Part shown: positions 13,163 through 27,756 of the stretch, in pieces
Position numbering within the stretch: position 1 is the stretch's first letter
Layout of the letters: every line of letters starts with the position of its first letter
NCBI GenBank assembly: GCA_964016885.1
Contig: CAXHJY010001545.1
Location: 8,169-72,168, forward strand
Length of the DNA stretch: 64,000 bases
Direction of reading: 5' to 3'
DNA from: Eledone cirrhosa
Lineage: Eukaryota
Made by a program: the position numbers and the translations under genes
The notes under the pieces: model-generated
Told to the model about the DNA's origin: nothing
Database searches by the model: none
Seen by the model: the letters and a program-made list of their open reading frames with translations, nothing else

Positions 13163-13788
13163 GTTTCTTTTATTTGCCACTAGGGCATCAAAAGTGGGAC
13201 AAGTACAAAGGGGGGAGTTTACACAAAAAGGCGTCCTCAATAAGGAGGAGGCAATAACAAAATATAAAAATAAAATAAGATATAACAAAAAATAAAATTT
13301 ATAACAAAATCCTCAATAGAGAGGAGGCGCCTTGGGGGGTCGCACACACCCCCGAAAAAAGTGTGCAACCCTTCTCCTCAGGAGCACAGAGAAGGGGTGC
13401 TCCCTTGGTCTTTCATCTTCCTCACCTATAGTCTGATGTAGAGTGAAGGCCCATTCACACAGGCCATTCTCGCCACTTTCACCCATCTTTCATAGAAACG
13501 GCTGGGGTGCAGCACCTCTCTCTCCATCCTGATCCTTCTTCCGAAATGATATCGGAAGAAACGGACCAGTTGTTGGCCAGAGAGAAAGGTGCCTGACCTC
13601 AGTCCTTTCAGACGCGTCCACCATACAACCTCTTTCGCCATGGCTATTACGCACAGAAACACCGCCTCTGCTTCATCTTTGAAGGGGGGAGGCGGCTTGA
13701 TCATTACAATAGACTCGGTGGTCAACCGGATCGGTCCCACCCTTGACAGCAGTTGTTCGACATAGCCCCACAGATCGGCTACGCCCGA
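13163..13788 (-). mobile_element. L1/Tx1-like LINE 3' fragment
   Basis: ORF 13426-13740 (...IAMAKEVVWWTRLK...FYERW) resembles the ORF2 C-terminus. The T-rich 3' UTR ends GTGGCAAATAAAAGAAA, and the fragment is flanked by TA runs. Confidence 0.65.
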
Positions 13789-13928
13789 GATATATAGTTA
13801 CATATATATGGCTGAAATTTTCCCACTAAAATACATGGAAAACCAGTATACAACTTATCTACTGGATTTGTAAAGACCCAATCTGAAGTATATGGCACAT
13901 TGTAAAAATTATATGTAAAATGGAGTTG

Positions 13929-13966
<38 letters not shown>

Positions 13967-14010
13967 AATAACAGGAGGCTGGATTGGTGTAATTCCTTAA
14001 AAGGTTTATT

Positions 14011-14068
14011 ATACTATGATCATTTCAGTGACCGGGTTCAGTATGAATCCAGTGACATCATCAGGTAT
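14011..14068 (-). ncRNA. Hammerhead ribozyme motif (minus copy)
   Basis: Reverse complement of 14204-14261. Confidence 0.7.
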
Positions 14069-14203
14069 TCGAAATATAACAAAGGAATATAATAGACAAA
14101 ATCCATGGGGCTGAAAATCAGAGACATGTTCGGCCGCCCTCATGTCTCAGATTTTCAGCCCCATGGAGGATTTTGTCTATTATATTCCTTTGTTATATTT
14201 CGA

Positions 14204-14261
14204 ATACCTGATGATGTCACTGGATTCATACTGAACCCGGTCACTGAAATGATCATAGTAT
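14204..14261 (+). ncRNA. Hammerhead ribozyme motif
   Basis: AUAC-CUGAUGA-[stem II acugg/uuca..ugaa/ccggu]-GAAA-UGAUCA-UA/GUAU. Stem III is palindromic and the cleavage triplet is AUA. Confidence 0.72.
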
Positions 14262-14994
14262 AAACCTTTTAAGGAATTACACCAGTCCAGCCACCTGTTA
14301 TTTTATAATAATTAACTCCGTACTCGCACCACCAACTACACAAACGAAGACCGGTGAGTTGCATTACGTCGAGTGCTCTCCATAATATTACATTCAGTTC
14401 TATCCAGTGGTGAACCAACAAATCTAAATAAATATATATATATATAACACAACTCCATTTTGCATATATATACACACGGGCATATATATATATATATAGG
14501 AAAATAGTCAGGCCCCTGACGGCTGAGCTCCGTCCATTTCGACAGCCAGATTCGAACTAAGCCACCAGTATTAGAACGGCGGGAATCTAGCTGAACTTAT
14601 CAAAGGCATGCAGTCAAAAGAAAAAAAGTAGAAATATCAAAGCAAAAAATCCTAAAAATTGTTGTTTTTCTTGAGGGAGTGGTCAATGATCTGGGATATC
14701 AATCAAGTACAAAGTTAAATCCCTTCATACCAGGAGGGTGGGTGGGGGGGGGGGGGGTAAACAGCCTGACGAACAAAGGGGAGGGAGTAAGAAGACTGTC
14801 TGACCCGTGGAGAATTCTATACAACTATATTTTGGAATGAAATGGATAAGAGAGAGCTTTTGAAAATATGAGAACTAAAAACAGATCTCCTCAAGGGATA
14901 TAATATGAGATGTAGACAAATTTATTTAGAGATTAACTCCAGGACAAACAATATAGTGTCAAGTATTACATATGCATATATTATTTAGACATAA

Positions 14995-17900
14995 ATAGAA
15001 TATAGCATTATTAAGTATTACACACACACAGAATATAGCATCAAGTATTACACACACAGAATATAGCATTAAGTATTACACACACAGAATATAGCATTAA
15101 GTATTACACACACAGAATATAGCATTAAGTATTACACACACAGAATATAGCATTAAGTATTACACACACAGAATATAGCATTAAGTATTACACACACAGA
15201 ATATAGCATTAAGTATTACAGACACAGAATATAGCATTAAGTATTACAGACACAGAATATAGCATTAAGTATTACACACACACAGAATATAGCATCAAGT
15301 ATTACACACACACAGGATATAGCATTAAGTATTACACACACAGGATATAGCATCAAGTATTACACACACAGAATATAGCATTAAGTATTACAGACACAGA
15401 ATATAGCATTAAGTATTACACACACAGAATATAGCATTAAGTATTACAGACACAGAATATAGCATTAAGTATTACAGACACAGAATATAGCATTAAGTAT
15501 TACACACACACAGAATATAGCATCAAGTATTACACACACACAGGATATAGCATTAAGTATTACACACACAGGATATAGCATCAAGTATTACACACACAGA
15601 ATATAGCATTAAGTATTACACACACAGAATATAGCATTAAGTATTACACACACAGAATATAGCATCAAGTATTACACACACACACAGGATATAGCATCAA
15701 GTATTACACACACATAATATAGCATTAAGTATTACACACACAGAATATAGCATTAAGTATTACAGACACACAGAATATAGCATTAAGTATTACACATACA
15801 CAGAATATAGCATTAAGTATTACACACACAGAATATAGCATTAAGTATTACACACACAGAATATAGCATTAAGTATTACACACACACAGAATATAGCATT
15901 AAGTATTACATACACACAGGATATAACATTAAGTATTACACACACACACAAGATATAACATTAAGTATTACACACACACACAAGATATAACATTAAGTAT
16001 TACACACACAGAATATAGCATTAAGTATTACACACACAGAATATAGCATTAAGTATTACACATACACAGAATATAGCATTAAGTATTACACACACAGAAT
16101 ATAGCATTAAGTATTACACACACAGAATATAGCATTAAGTATTACATACACACAGAATATAGCATCAAGTATTACACACACAGAATATAGCATTAAGTAT
16201 TACACACACAGAATATAGCATCAAGTATTACACACACACACAGGATATAGCATCAAGTATTACACACACAGAATATAGCATTAAGTATTACACACACAGA
16301 ATATAGCATTAAGTATTACACACAGAATATAGCATTAAGTATTACACACACAGAATATAGCATTAAGTATTACACACACAGAATATAGCATTAAGTATTA
16401 CACACACAGAATATAGCATTAAGTATTACACACACAGAATATAGCATTAAGTATTACACATACACAGAATATAGCATTAAGTATTACACACACAGAATAT
16501 AACATTAAGTATTACATACACACAGAATATAGCATTAAGTATTACACACACACAAGATATAACATTAAGTATTACACACAGAATATAGCATCAAGTATTA
16601 CACACACACACACAGGATATAGCATCAAGTATTACACACACAGAATATAGCATTAAGTATTACACACACAGAATATAGCATTAAGTATTACACACACAGA
16701 ATATAGCATTAAGTATTACACACACAGAATATAGCATTAAGTATTACACACAGAATATAGCATTAAGTATTACACACACAGAATATAGCATTAAGTATTA
16801 CACACACAGAATATAGCATTAAGTATTACACACACAGGATATAGCATTAAGTATTACACACACAGAATATAGCATTAAGTATTACACACACAGAATATAG
16901 CATTAAGTATTACACACACAGAATATAGCATTAAGTATTACACACACAGAATATAACATTAAGTATTACACACACAGAATATAGCATTAAGTATTACACA
17001 CAGAATATAACATTAAGTATTACAAACACAGAATATAACATTAAGTATTACACACACAGAATATAGCATTAAGTATTACACACACAGGATATAGCATTAA
17101 GTATTACACACACACAGGATATAGCATTAAGTATTAACACACACAAGATATAACATTAAGTATTACACACACAGAATATAGCATTAAGTATTACACACAC
17201 AGAATATAGCATTAAGTATTACACACACAAGATATAGCATTAAGTATTACATACACACAGAATATAGCATTAAGTATTACATACACACAGAATATAGCAT
17301 TAAGTATTACATACACACAGGATATAACATTAAGTATTACACACACACGAGATATAACATTAAGTATTACACACACACAAGATATAACATTAAGTATTAC
17401 ACACACAGAATATAACATTAAGTATTACACACACAGAATATAGCATTAAGTATTACACACACAGGATATAGCATTAAGTATTACATACACACAGAATATA
17501 GCATTAAGTATTACATACACACAGGATATAACATTAAGTATTACACACACACGAGATATAACATTAAGTATTACACACACACAAGATATAACATTAAGTA
17601 TTACACACACAGAATATAACATTAAGTATTACACACACAGAATATAGCATTAAGTATTACACACACAGGATATAGCATTAAGTATTACATACACACAGAA
17701 TATAGCATTAAGTATTACATACACACAGGATATAACATTAAGTATTACACACAGAATATAGCATCAAGTATTACACACACATAATATAGCATTAAGTATT
17801 ACACACACAGAATATAGCATTAAGTATTACATACACACAGAATATAGCATTAAGTATTACACACACACAAGATATAACATTAAGTATTAACACACACAAG

Positions 17901-19215
17901 ATATAACATTAAGTATTACACACACAGAATATAACATTAAGTATTACACACACAGAATATAACATTAAGTATTACACACACAGAATATAACATTAAGTAT
18001 TACACACACATAATATAGCATTAAGTATTACACACACACAGAATATAGCATTAAGTATTACACACACAGAATATAGCATTAAGTATTACACACACACACA
18101 CAGAATATAACATTAAGTATTACACACACACACAGAGAATATAACATTAAGTATTACACACACACAGAATATAGCATTAAGTATTACACACACAGAATAT
18201 AGCATTAAGTATTACACACACAGAATATAGCATTAAGTATTACACACACACAGAATATAGCATTAAGTATTACACACACAGAAAATAGCATTAAGTATTA
18301 CACACACAGAATATAGCATTAAGTATTACACACACAGAATATAGCATTAAGTATTACACACACAGAATATAGCATTAAGTATTACACACACATAATATAG
18401 CATTAAGTATTACACACACACAGAATATAGCATTAAGTATTACATACACACAGGATATAACATTAAGTATTACACACACACAAGATATAACATTAAGTAT
18501 TACACACACAGAATATAGCATTAAGTATTACACACACAGAATATAGCATTAAGTATTACACACACAGAATATAGCATTAAGTATTACACACACAGAATAT
18601 AGCATTAAGTATTACACACACAGAATATAGCATTAAGTATTACACACACAGAATATAGCATTAAGTATTACACACACAGAATATAGCATTAAGTATTACA
18701 CACAGAATATAGCATTAAGTATTACACACACAGGATATAGCATTAAGTATTACACACACAGAATATAGCATTAAGTATTACACACACAGAATATAGCATT
18801 AAGTATTACACACACAGAATATAGCATTAAGTATTACACACACAGAATATAACATTAAGTATTACACACACAGAATATAACATTAAGTATTACACACACA
18901 GAATATAACATTAAGTATTACACACACAGAATATAACATTAAGTATTACACACACATAATATAGCATTAAGTATTACACACACACAGAATATAGCATTAA
19001 GTATTACACACACAGAATATAGCATTAAGTATTACACACACAGAATATAGCATTAAGTATTACACACACAGAATATAGCATTAAGTATTACACACACACA
19101 CAGAGAATATAACATTAAGTATTACACACACAGAATACAACTAAGTATTACACACACACAGAATATAACTAAGTATTACACACACAGAATATAACTAAGT
19201 ATTACACACACAGAA
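14995..19215. repeat. ~28-bp minisatellite (cagaatatagcattaagtatta(ca)n), ~150 copies
   Basis: Period 28 seen directly. Unit length varies with the internal CA run. Confidence 0.95.
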
Positions 19216-21194
19216 CACTCCCAATAGGTGAAACGAAGCCAGTGTGCTGTAAAAGCTGACAATCTATATTATAATAAATGTACTGGATTTTTTTGTCTGC
19301 CTGTCACAAACAATCTCTCAAAATCTTTCTAACATTTTTATTTAGAATGTCATTGTCGTCGCTGCCACCGCCACCATCCTTATCATCTGTTCTCCCTGCT
19401 AGCAAGGGTCAAACAGTCTGTAACAAACCAAATCAGTACTTAATTCATGCCACTGACCTCTCAGACAGGCCAGGAGTCACATCATGCTTATATACAATTC
19501 CACACTCAACAGAGTGTATTGAGTACATTTATTTCAGTTGTGTCAAAGACATGACAATCTCCCTAGTGTTGGTGCCATGTAAAATGTACCCAGTACAATC
19601 TGTAGAATGCAGAAATATATGTAAGCAGGATGTGACTTGGTCTGTGATGACCTATCCAACCCTTGCAAGCAGAGATAATGATGATGATGACAATGCCTTT
19701 GTTTAGAGATTTTATGACACAGGTAAAATGGTTCCAAGCAAGAATAAAAACGACCTATTTTTTTTATACCAACCCACTGGAAATTGCTCCTAGTTTTATA
19801 ATACCAAACTATTCATTTTATAATGTTTATATTAATCTGAAAATATTCCATCATAATTCTATGTAAAAACCTTTGTTCAGTTATGTTCCAAACATCAAAG
19901 TTATATTACTAAATCTTTCTAAATGCTTATTTTCCAATTGTAATTCATAGGCAACATCTTGACACTCTGCTATCCAGGATCCCAGATGAGTCCACAGCAT
20001 GGAATGAAGATAAGGGCAGCAGCAATGAACTTCCTCCTACACAAATGGCCAGCCAACACAGGTTGGATATAGAACATGTAGCAACAAGGGCAGTGCCCCA
20101 TCATGGCCTCAGCCAGAAGGTTGGAACGGTTAAAAGAAAATGTCTTTTGTTAGAAATATAGTCAGAACAAAGTCACAGTAGAGGTAGACAAAGAAAGACC
20201 TGGGCAGAGGTGGTGATAGCTGCCCTCAATTCACTGAGACTCACAGAGGAGATGATGAAGAAATGTGGCAAGTGGAGAGATGCTGTTCTGAGAAGGACCT
20301 GTCCAACCCATGCAAGTGTGGAAAAAGAGACGTAAAAACGATGATGGTCATGAAAGGAATAATAATAATTGTTTCTAATTTAGGCATAAGGCTATCAATT
20401 AGAAAGGTGAGAAAAGTTAATTAAATCAATCCCCCCGTATTTCGTACTATATCCTACCGACTCTGGTGATATTTAAACTCAGAAAGTAAACAACTAAATC
20501 AACTGGCATAAAGTATTTTGTCTGACTCTTCATAGAATTTATGAGATTTAAACATTACAAAAATTGTTAAAGTTTCTTACCATGTATTTTAAATGTAAAA
20601 AAAAATTTCCATGTAATAAAAATAGCTAGAAATGGGACTGAAAGAAGTGTAATTAATGTTATAAAGTTGGGGACATTGTCCTGATTAGTTTTTGTTATTT
20701 CTATATCTAAATATAGCAAAAGAAAACAGGATAAGGAAGAAAAAATAACAATAACATTTTGATATTTTTCAATCAAACTTCAAAGTCCAATGACTTATCA
20801 ATTATTGAACATGGTCACATAAGTTAATGGAAAGAAGCTTTGATATGATAAAACTTCTATAATCTTAAGTTGTAAATCTACTTACTGTTTATTCCTTTCC
20901 TAGAAGCAGTTTACTTTAACTCTTTGTTATATAATAAAAGACATTGTCTATGATTTCCCAATCATATTTCCAGGCCTCTTCTTTAAAATAATCAAGAATC
21001 TGAAGGGATTTTATAATATAATTAACTTTCTCATTATTAAACTGGTGTTTAAATCATAACAGTTTGTGCCAACCCTTACCTATGGTCTTGAATCTCATGT
21101 AATGACCAAAAGAAAACGATCGTGAATACAACTGGCTGAAATGGGGTTTCTCCAAAGGGTCTTTGGAGTAACATTACTTGTTAGAGTGTGTTCC

Positions 21195-21225
<31 letters not shown>

Positions 21226-22254
21226 ACCCACACCACCAACTACAGGATTCGGATTCAAATTACAACTTTCTAGACATCAGGCTGACATATCTACATAGTG
21301 CAATTTATACTCCACAAGATAAACTGATTTATTGTTTCTTTTGGTTTTTCATTTATTTTTCCAATCTTATTGTGTAAAAATCTAACTGAATGACTAAGAA
21401 TGTTATTCAGGGACATGCTCTGCATGAAAACCAAATGATAAGGTCAATGCTGCTAACATATTTAACTCTTAAAACCCTGTAATGATTTAGATTTGATCTG
21501 CTAGAGAATGGGTCACAGGTGTTGGATAGTGATATGGCCATCAGATATAATAGTTGCGATATAAGCAGGCAGCAACCTCGGATCAACAGTGGTAAATCAC
21601 TAGGGGAGATGGAGCACTCACACTGTCACCAACAGTTTGTTGGTCACTGTCACCAAGCCGACAAAGAAATCATTTCATCTCTCCTTCTGTGGCCTCTCAA
21701 TGTGTCTATTCAAGAAAACTGACTTTCTCAGACACCATAGCTTGGGACTGAGGGATCTGGAGACAGTAATGTAGGACCAAACAGTGTAGAAAGGGATTGT
21801 CAAGAGAGTCCTGACTGCCCACAGAGGACTCGAAGGATGATGATGATATAGCTATGACGAGGCAAGCAAAGGCTGCCTCTAAAAGAACCTTGTCTTTGCT
21901 GGTTTGAGATAGTACCAGATTATTGGCGCGAATAAGATCACTAAAACTGCAATATGGTGAGAGGTATGAAAAATAAAAAATAAAAGATCATATCTAAAAA
22001 TGGGTTTGATAATTCAAAAATGTATAGTATCTTTACTAATGGAAAGGTCACAGTAAAATAAAAACTTACTGTTTTACAGTAAAGACTTTAATGTTGACTG
22101 CAAATATGCAAAACTGGACATATGATAATGATGATAGTCATAATGTTTTTATAGTTTTCAAGAATGTCTTGTTACTGTAAATGAGATGCAGGACATTAAC
22201 AGTTAATAGAGTGACATAAGATGTTCTAATTAATTAAAATATCACAACAAAAAA

Positions 22255-22508
22255 AGATAATTCAGTGTCTTTCTTACCCTTTCATCACCACATTTCTAAT
22301 GAAATACACTTTATTTTAATTAATTAATGAAGAATTTTGAGGGATTTACTAAAATTATTAATTATTTCATTACTAAGTAACTTAATGAAAGGTTCTTATA
22401 TAAAATTATGTTGGAAGATTTTAATTTAAATTGGAAACCTTTAAAATGGTTGGTTTTATTTCATAGAACCAGAGCTGGTTTTGGCTGGGTTGGTAATTAA
22501 AGGGTTAA
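22255..22508. mobile_element. TTAA/CCC-ended MITE (piggyBac-like), degenerate
   Basis: cttaccctttc...aaagggttaa termini. The interior is related to 24356-24598. Confidence 0.5.
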
Positions 22509-22823
22509 TTAATTAATAATTAAATTAATGATTGTTTCTCCTAACCATGAGGTGGAGTGGCTAAGTTTAATTAAAATTTCTTTACTGTGGTGATGTTTGA
22601 AAAAGAAAGAAAGAAGCAGATGAGAAAGCATAGACCTTTCTCTCCACTCTCTTTGCATGAGTAAGCCAAAGGAGAAAGGATAGGAACCCTGACTTTACAG
22701 AAGTTGACGGTTAATGAAGCATCTTTACCATCTGGTTGTAGGTACAGATAACATGGTCCTAATACATGTTTTATATATGTGGTTGACTTAAAGGAGTTGG
22801 TAAAAGATAACCAGTTGAAGAGG

Positions 22824-23798
22824 TTATTATTGACAGGAAACATTATATCAGTTATTGACAGGAAACATTATACCAGTTATTGACAGGAAACATTATACCA
22901 GTTATTGACAGTGAAACATACCAGTTATTGACAGTGAAACATCAGTTATTGACAGTGAAACATATCAGTTATTGACATAATATTTCCTGTCAATAACTGA
23001 TATAATGTTTCACTGTCAATAACTGATATAATGTTTCACTGTCAATAACTGATATAATGTTTCCTGTCAATAACTGATATGTTTCACTGTCAATAACTGA
23101 TATAATGTTTCACTGTCAATAACTGATATAATATTTCCTGTCAATAACTGATATAATGTTTCACTGTCAATAACTGATATAATGTTTCCTGTCAATAACT
23201 GATATAATGTTTCACTGTCAATAACTGATATAATGTTTCACTGTCAATAACTGATATAATGTTTCACTGTCAATAACTGATATGTTTCACTGTCAATAAC
23301 TGATATGTTTCACTGTCAATAACTGATATAATGTTTCACTGTCAATAACTGATATAATGTTTCACAGTCAATAACTGATATAATGTTTCACAGTCAATAA
23401 CTGATATAATGTTTCACTGTCAATAACTGATATAATGTTTCACTGTCAATAACTGATATAATGTTTCACTGTCAACTGATATAATGTTTCACTGTCAATA
23501 ACTGATATAATGTTTCACTGTCAATAACTGATATGTTTCACTGTCAATAACTGATATAATGTTTCACTGTCAATAACTGATATAATGTTTCCTGTCAATA
23601 ACTGATATAATGTTTCACTGTCAATAACTGATATAATGTTTCACTGTCAATAACTGATATAATGTTTCACTGTCAATAACTGATATAATGTTTCACTGTC
23701 AATAACTGATATAATGTTTCACAGTCAATAACTGATATAATGTTTCACAGTCAATAACTGATATCAGTTATTGACAGTGAAACATTATACCAGTTATT
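22824..23798. repeat. ~26-bp minisatellite (ctgtcaataactgatataatgtttca) with two orientation switches
   Basis: 22824-22977 is reversed, 22983-23762 forward, and 23763-23798 reversed. Confidence 0.92.
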
Positions 23799-24355
23799 AG
23801 CGATAACTCTATGTACACAGGAGGAGAAAACGGTGGAAAAGCTATCCTGAAAGGACTGAAGCTGAAAAGAAGACATTAGAATTAGACACAGATATTGAAG
23901 TTAAGGAAATTAACCCTTTTAATAGCAACCTGCTCAGAACTTGATATTATTCCATGAAACAATACCACCCATTTTAAAGGATTCCTATTTAAATTAAAAT
24001 CTTCCAACTTAATTTTATATAAGAACCATATGTTAAGTTCCTATCTTCATAAGAGAAGATCTTAGTAAAACCTTCAATGTTTTTTAATGTCTAAAGAAAA
24101 GTAATTGTTGCAGGAATGTTGCCACTTAAAATAAAATTTCACCAGAGATAGATTTGCAAAATTTAATAAGCAGGAGGGGGTAATCTGAAAAATTAACAAG
24201 GGGGAGGGGTCGATTATTAGAGAAAGCAGATAGTAAAAACAGAGTGTAAACAGTGCCTGTACATACAGACAAATTAGAGCAAACCATACAGTGAAAGAGA
24301 TGGTTAACGTATATCTCACTACATTAAGACGACTCAGTAAATATTATAGAACTGT

Positions 24356-24598
24356 TTAACCCTTTTGATAGGAAACTGGCTGAAATCACCCCCACTACTA
24401 CAATAAGTGTATTTGTTTTAACATATTTATAATTATCTGAAAACCTTCCATCATAATTTTATAAAACATTTGTTAAGTAATGTTCCAAATATCAACTTAA
24501 TGAGAAAGTTGGTTATATTAGTAAATCCCTCCAAATACTTGATTATTTTCAAAATAATTTGGAAGTGAAAGGTAGTGTCTTTCATTAGAAAGGGTTAA
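24356..24598. mobile_element. piggyBac-like MITE
   Basis: TTAA-CCCTTTT...AGAAAGGG-TTAA termini. Related copies lie near 23910, 41393-41601 and 19700-19930. Confidence 0.6.
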
Positions 24599-24869
24599 GT
24601 ATGAAGAGTTTGGAATAGAAACATAGTTTGAAGATTAGAAACTGAAAGTTGCAGTAAGTGCAACAGAACATATAAGATGCATCAAATGCACAAAAACTAA
24701 AAAAAAAGAAAAAAAGAAAGAAGCTACACCAGGATTAGCCAAAATATTATAACAAATAAAAAAATAACTTTGAGAGACAGCAGCTTATAGTAAAATCATA
24801 ATGGTTTCTAATTTTGGCACAAGGCCATTAATTTTAGGGGGAAGGGAAAGCTGATTATATCAATCACAG

Positions 24870-25166
24870 TACTCTTGGGTCTCAAACAATGCCCCCCCCC
24901 CCCCCCTCTTATTTCCCCTATATTACCTTTTACTAATCTATCTCTGGTGAAATTTTATAGCAGCATTCCTGCAACAATCAATTTGTTTTATAGATTAAAA
25001 AACATTACACATGACAAAAAAAGTACATTACTAGAAATCCCATGGGTTGGGGTTTCAATATGTAAACTAAATGACTAATTCTGACCCCCCCCCCCACTTA
25101 TTTCAACTCCTTTGCTTATTCCAGCCCCCCCCCCCCCCTCCCCCTATTATTTAGGACCTGAGAGTA
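24870..25166. mobile_element. TA-flanked MITE (Tc1/mariner/pogo-like), degenerate
   Basis: TACTCTTGGGTCTCAAACAAT ... ATTATTTAGGACCTGAGAGTA imperfect TIRs. Related pieces at 24075-24215, 31250-31357 and 34683-34962. Confidence 0.5.
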
Positions 25167-26414
25167 TCTGTTTTCTCTGTTAATTCTGAAGTATTGACCC
25201 TGTTTCACTTCATTACACCCTTGGTGCACCCAGATTTTGCCAAGACCAGACCTCCACCCCCTTTTATGTAATTCTTTACATCTTGGCATAGTTTGCCTCA
25301 GACTTTTATGAGGCAGTATTCTATGGTTGGATGCCCTTCCAAATGCCAATGCATACTTTTACTGCCACATATTCCTGAGGGTCATGGGAGCAGAGTACTC
25401 AAACATTACTTAGAGTGGGTCATGTCAGAAGAAATCATTTCCAACTGATTTGGACAATTATTTATGGATGTCTCTCTGCTGGAGACTGTACATAAGCACA
25501 AAGGTCTCTGGCTGGAAGAAGGTATTCATAATAGAGAGTCCACAGCTAGAACAGAATTCTAATAAGGCCTCTCCATTTGTATTTAGATCAGGATCACCAT
25601 TACTCCAATCATTCTTTCTAATGTCAGGTGGTCAACCCACGCATAATTTTAAAATTTGGTACTTATTCTACTGAGTAGAATATAAGGAGGTCAAAGAACA
25701 ATTCTATCGAAGTTGAGAATCTCAGGGATCAAAGTTGAGACTAAGGGATTCCTGATCACTCCACAAAAACTATCAACATTAAAATGTAGAATATGTGGAA
25801 GTTGGAACTAAAATATAGATCGCCATCATCATTAATATCAACATTACAATGAAGTAGATCATCATCATCATCATCCTTTTGTGTCTGCTTTCCATGCTGG
25901 CATGGGTTGGACATCATCATTTTAACGTCTGCTTTCCCTGCTGGCAAGAGTCAGACAGGTTCATACAGACCAAGTCAATATTGAAACAGAATCACTGATC
26001 TCCAAGGCAGGCCAGAGACCTGTGTGCTTATGTACAGTCTCACGTTCCATTGAGTGCTCAGGAAAGGTTGTCATGCCTTTGACACAACTGAGGATTGTCC
26101 CAAATAAATGTCTGAGGGCATAAGACGTCTACCTGGATAGTATACTGGTCTACCACAAGGTAACCTAAAGTTGCTGCCAATATTCGTATTTTCGGCTGAG
26201 TAGATTAAAGCAATGTGAAATGAGGTACCTTAATTAAAGATAAAATACGTTACTTGGTCTTATGAAAATTATCAAATTTATTAGTAACATTAAAAAGAAA
26301 AAATATTACTATTATTATCTGGTATAATTCTTGAAGTATATTAGGCACATAAAATGGGAAAATGAATAATCAAAGACCTCTCTGGTTATAGCTAACCCAT
26401 GAAAACCTAGTGAA

Positions 26415-26640
26415 GGTCAATGGTCCAATGGTTAGCATACTGGTTTCATAATTGTAAGGCTGTGGGTTTGACTCCCCGGACTAGTCAGTTCACTGTGTCC
26501 TTGAACAAGAATCTTTGTCTCATGTGGCTTAGTCCACTCAGCTGTAAGGGGGTAGCAGCAGCTGGAAGGGGACAAGGCTTTAATCTTTTGATGGACTGGT
26601 CTCCTGTCCAAGAGGGTCTTTTGTGATTGCTGTAGCTTAA
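26415..26640 (+). mobile_element. Degenerate tRNA-derived SINE
   Basis: TGGTCCAATGGTTAG...GGTTTGACTCC head followed by tgtgtccttgaacaag. Confidence 0.6.
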
Positions 26641-27199
26641 CCCTTTCGTTACCATATTCCTAATGAAAAACACTGCTTTACCACAAAAGCAAAAGATTTA
26701 TTTTGTACTTTTTTAATTATCTTGCGATATTTTACCAGAAATTAAAATGGCTCTGGAAAACTGTGTAAGAAATGGTATGATAACAAATCAATATATTGAT
26801 GGTCTAAAGCCTAGGTTCTCAACCCTTTTTGCTCCATGCCTCCCCAAGACGTCCTGATTTTTCAAGGCACTTGTACATAATATGCACTGGCTTTTATATA
26901 GTTGAAGAGAACATTGAAACGTATCAATTGAACTGTAAAATTAAAGTGACAAACGAGTCCAGTGGTCATCAAACTTAATGTGATGGTTGACTTTGATGTT
27001 TGGATGCAAGCTTCGCTATATCCGGATTTAGTTTTGTTAACCGCTTATGCAAATCTCCGTGATTTTCAATTTCAGGGTGATTTCTCTTTTTCATTTAGAG
27101 ATCATTGGCTACGCTGAAACCACTCTCAACCAGGAATGTAGTTGGAAAGGGAAGAAAGAACTTTACAGCTCTTGTGCACAAAATAGGATACTCTTATTT

Positions 27200-27635
27200 T
27201 AATTTAAACCATAAGATAAATGTATTTTAAATACCAAAGAGTAAAAGAAAATTCAACGAAATAATCCACACTGACAGACAGCCAGAATTAAACAATTAGT
27301 AGATCATAAGGGACATTTCAGCACTTTCTATGCTCGTGTTTTAGTTCTAATGTGATTCTAGAATGTGCATTAAATCCCTGGTAGACTGCGGGGATTTAGT
27401 GCGCCAGAGAATATAAACATTTAACAATTATGTATGTGGATTTCCATTCGAAGTAGAATTTTTAAAAAGTTCCACTACTTGACCATATATTTGTATTTGT
27501 TTTATTTTTTGTCTGTTCTAATGCAGGAGCAAGCTAAAAAAGGGGGATGTATTATATTTTTATATAATTAAGGTTTCTTGAAAGCAGCCTTAATACATTA
27601 CAAGTCAGGCCTTTCAACATGAAAAGGTTCCTTCT
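27200..27635 (+). mobile_element. Copy of the same non-autonomous DNA transposon as 10650-11396
   Basis: 27226-27370 and 27567-27605 are reverse-similar to 10780-10920 and 10655-10693. Ends with aaaaggttcc. Confidence 0.55.
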
Positions 27636-27756
27636 TGTCTAAGATTTTGAAATTTCATCTCATCATCATTTCATTTCACGTCCGCTTTTCCCTGCTTGCA
27701 AGGGTGGGGACTCATTTGTTATAATTGTTTTATCAACAGAAAGTTGAAATATTGAT

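Larger units (their letters stand above)
13961..14430. mobile_element. ORF-less PLE remnant: palindromic pair of HHR-containing pLTRs inserted in (TA)n
   Basis: Arms 13961-14128 and 14141-14308 are near-perfect reverse complements around a 12-nt spacer. The right arm extends to ~14430. Confidence 0.75.

Noticed and set aside
14995-19215. CRISPR-like array (constant repeat plus variable part)
   Set aside because: The variable part is only CA-run length. There are no unique spacers or cas genes, and the context is eukaryotic. The same applies to the 26-, 40- and 57-bp arrays.
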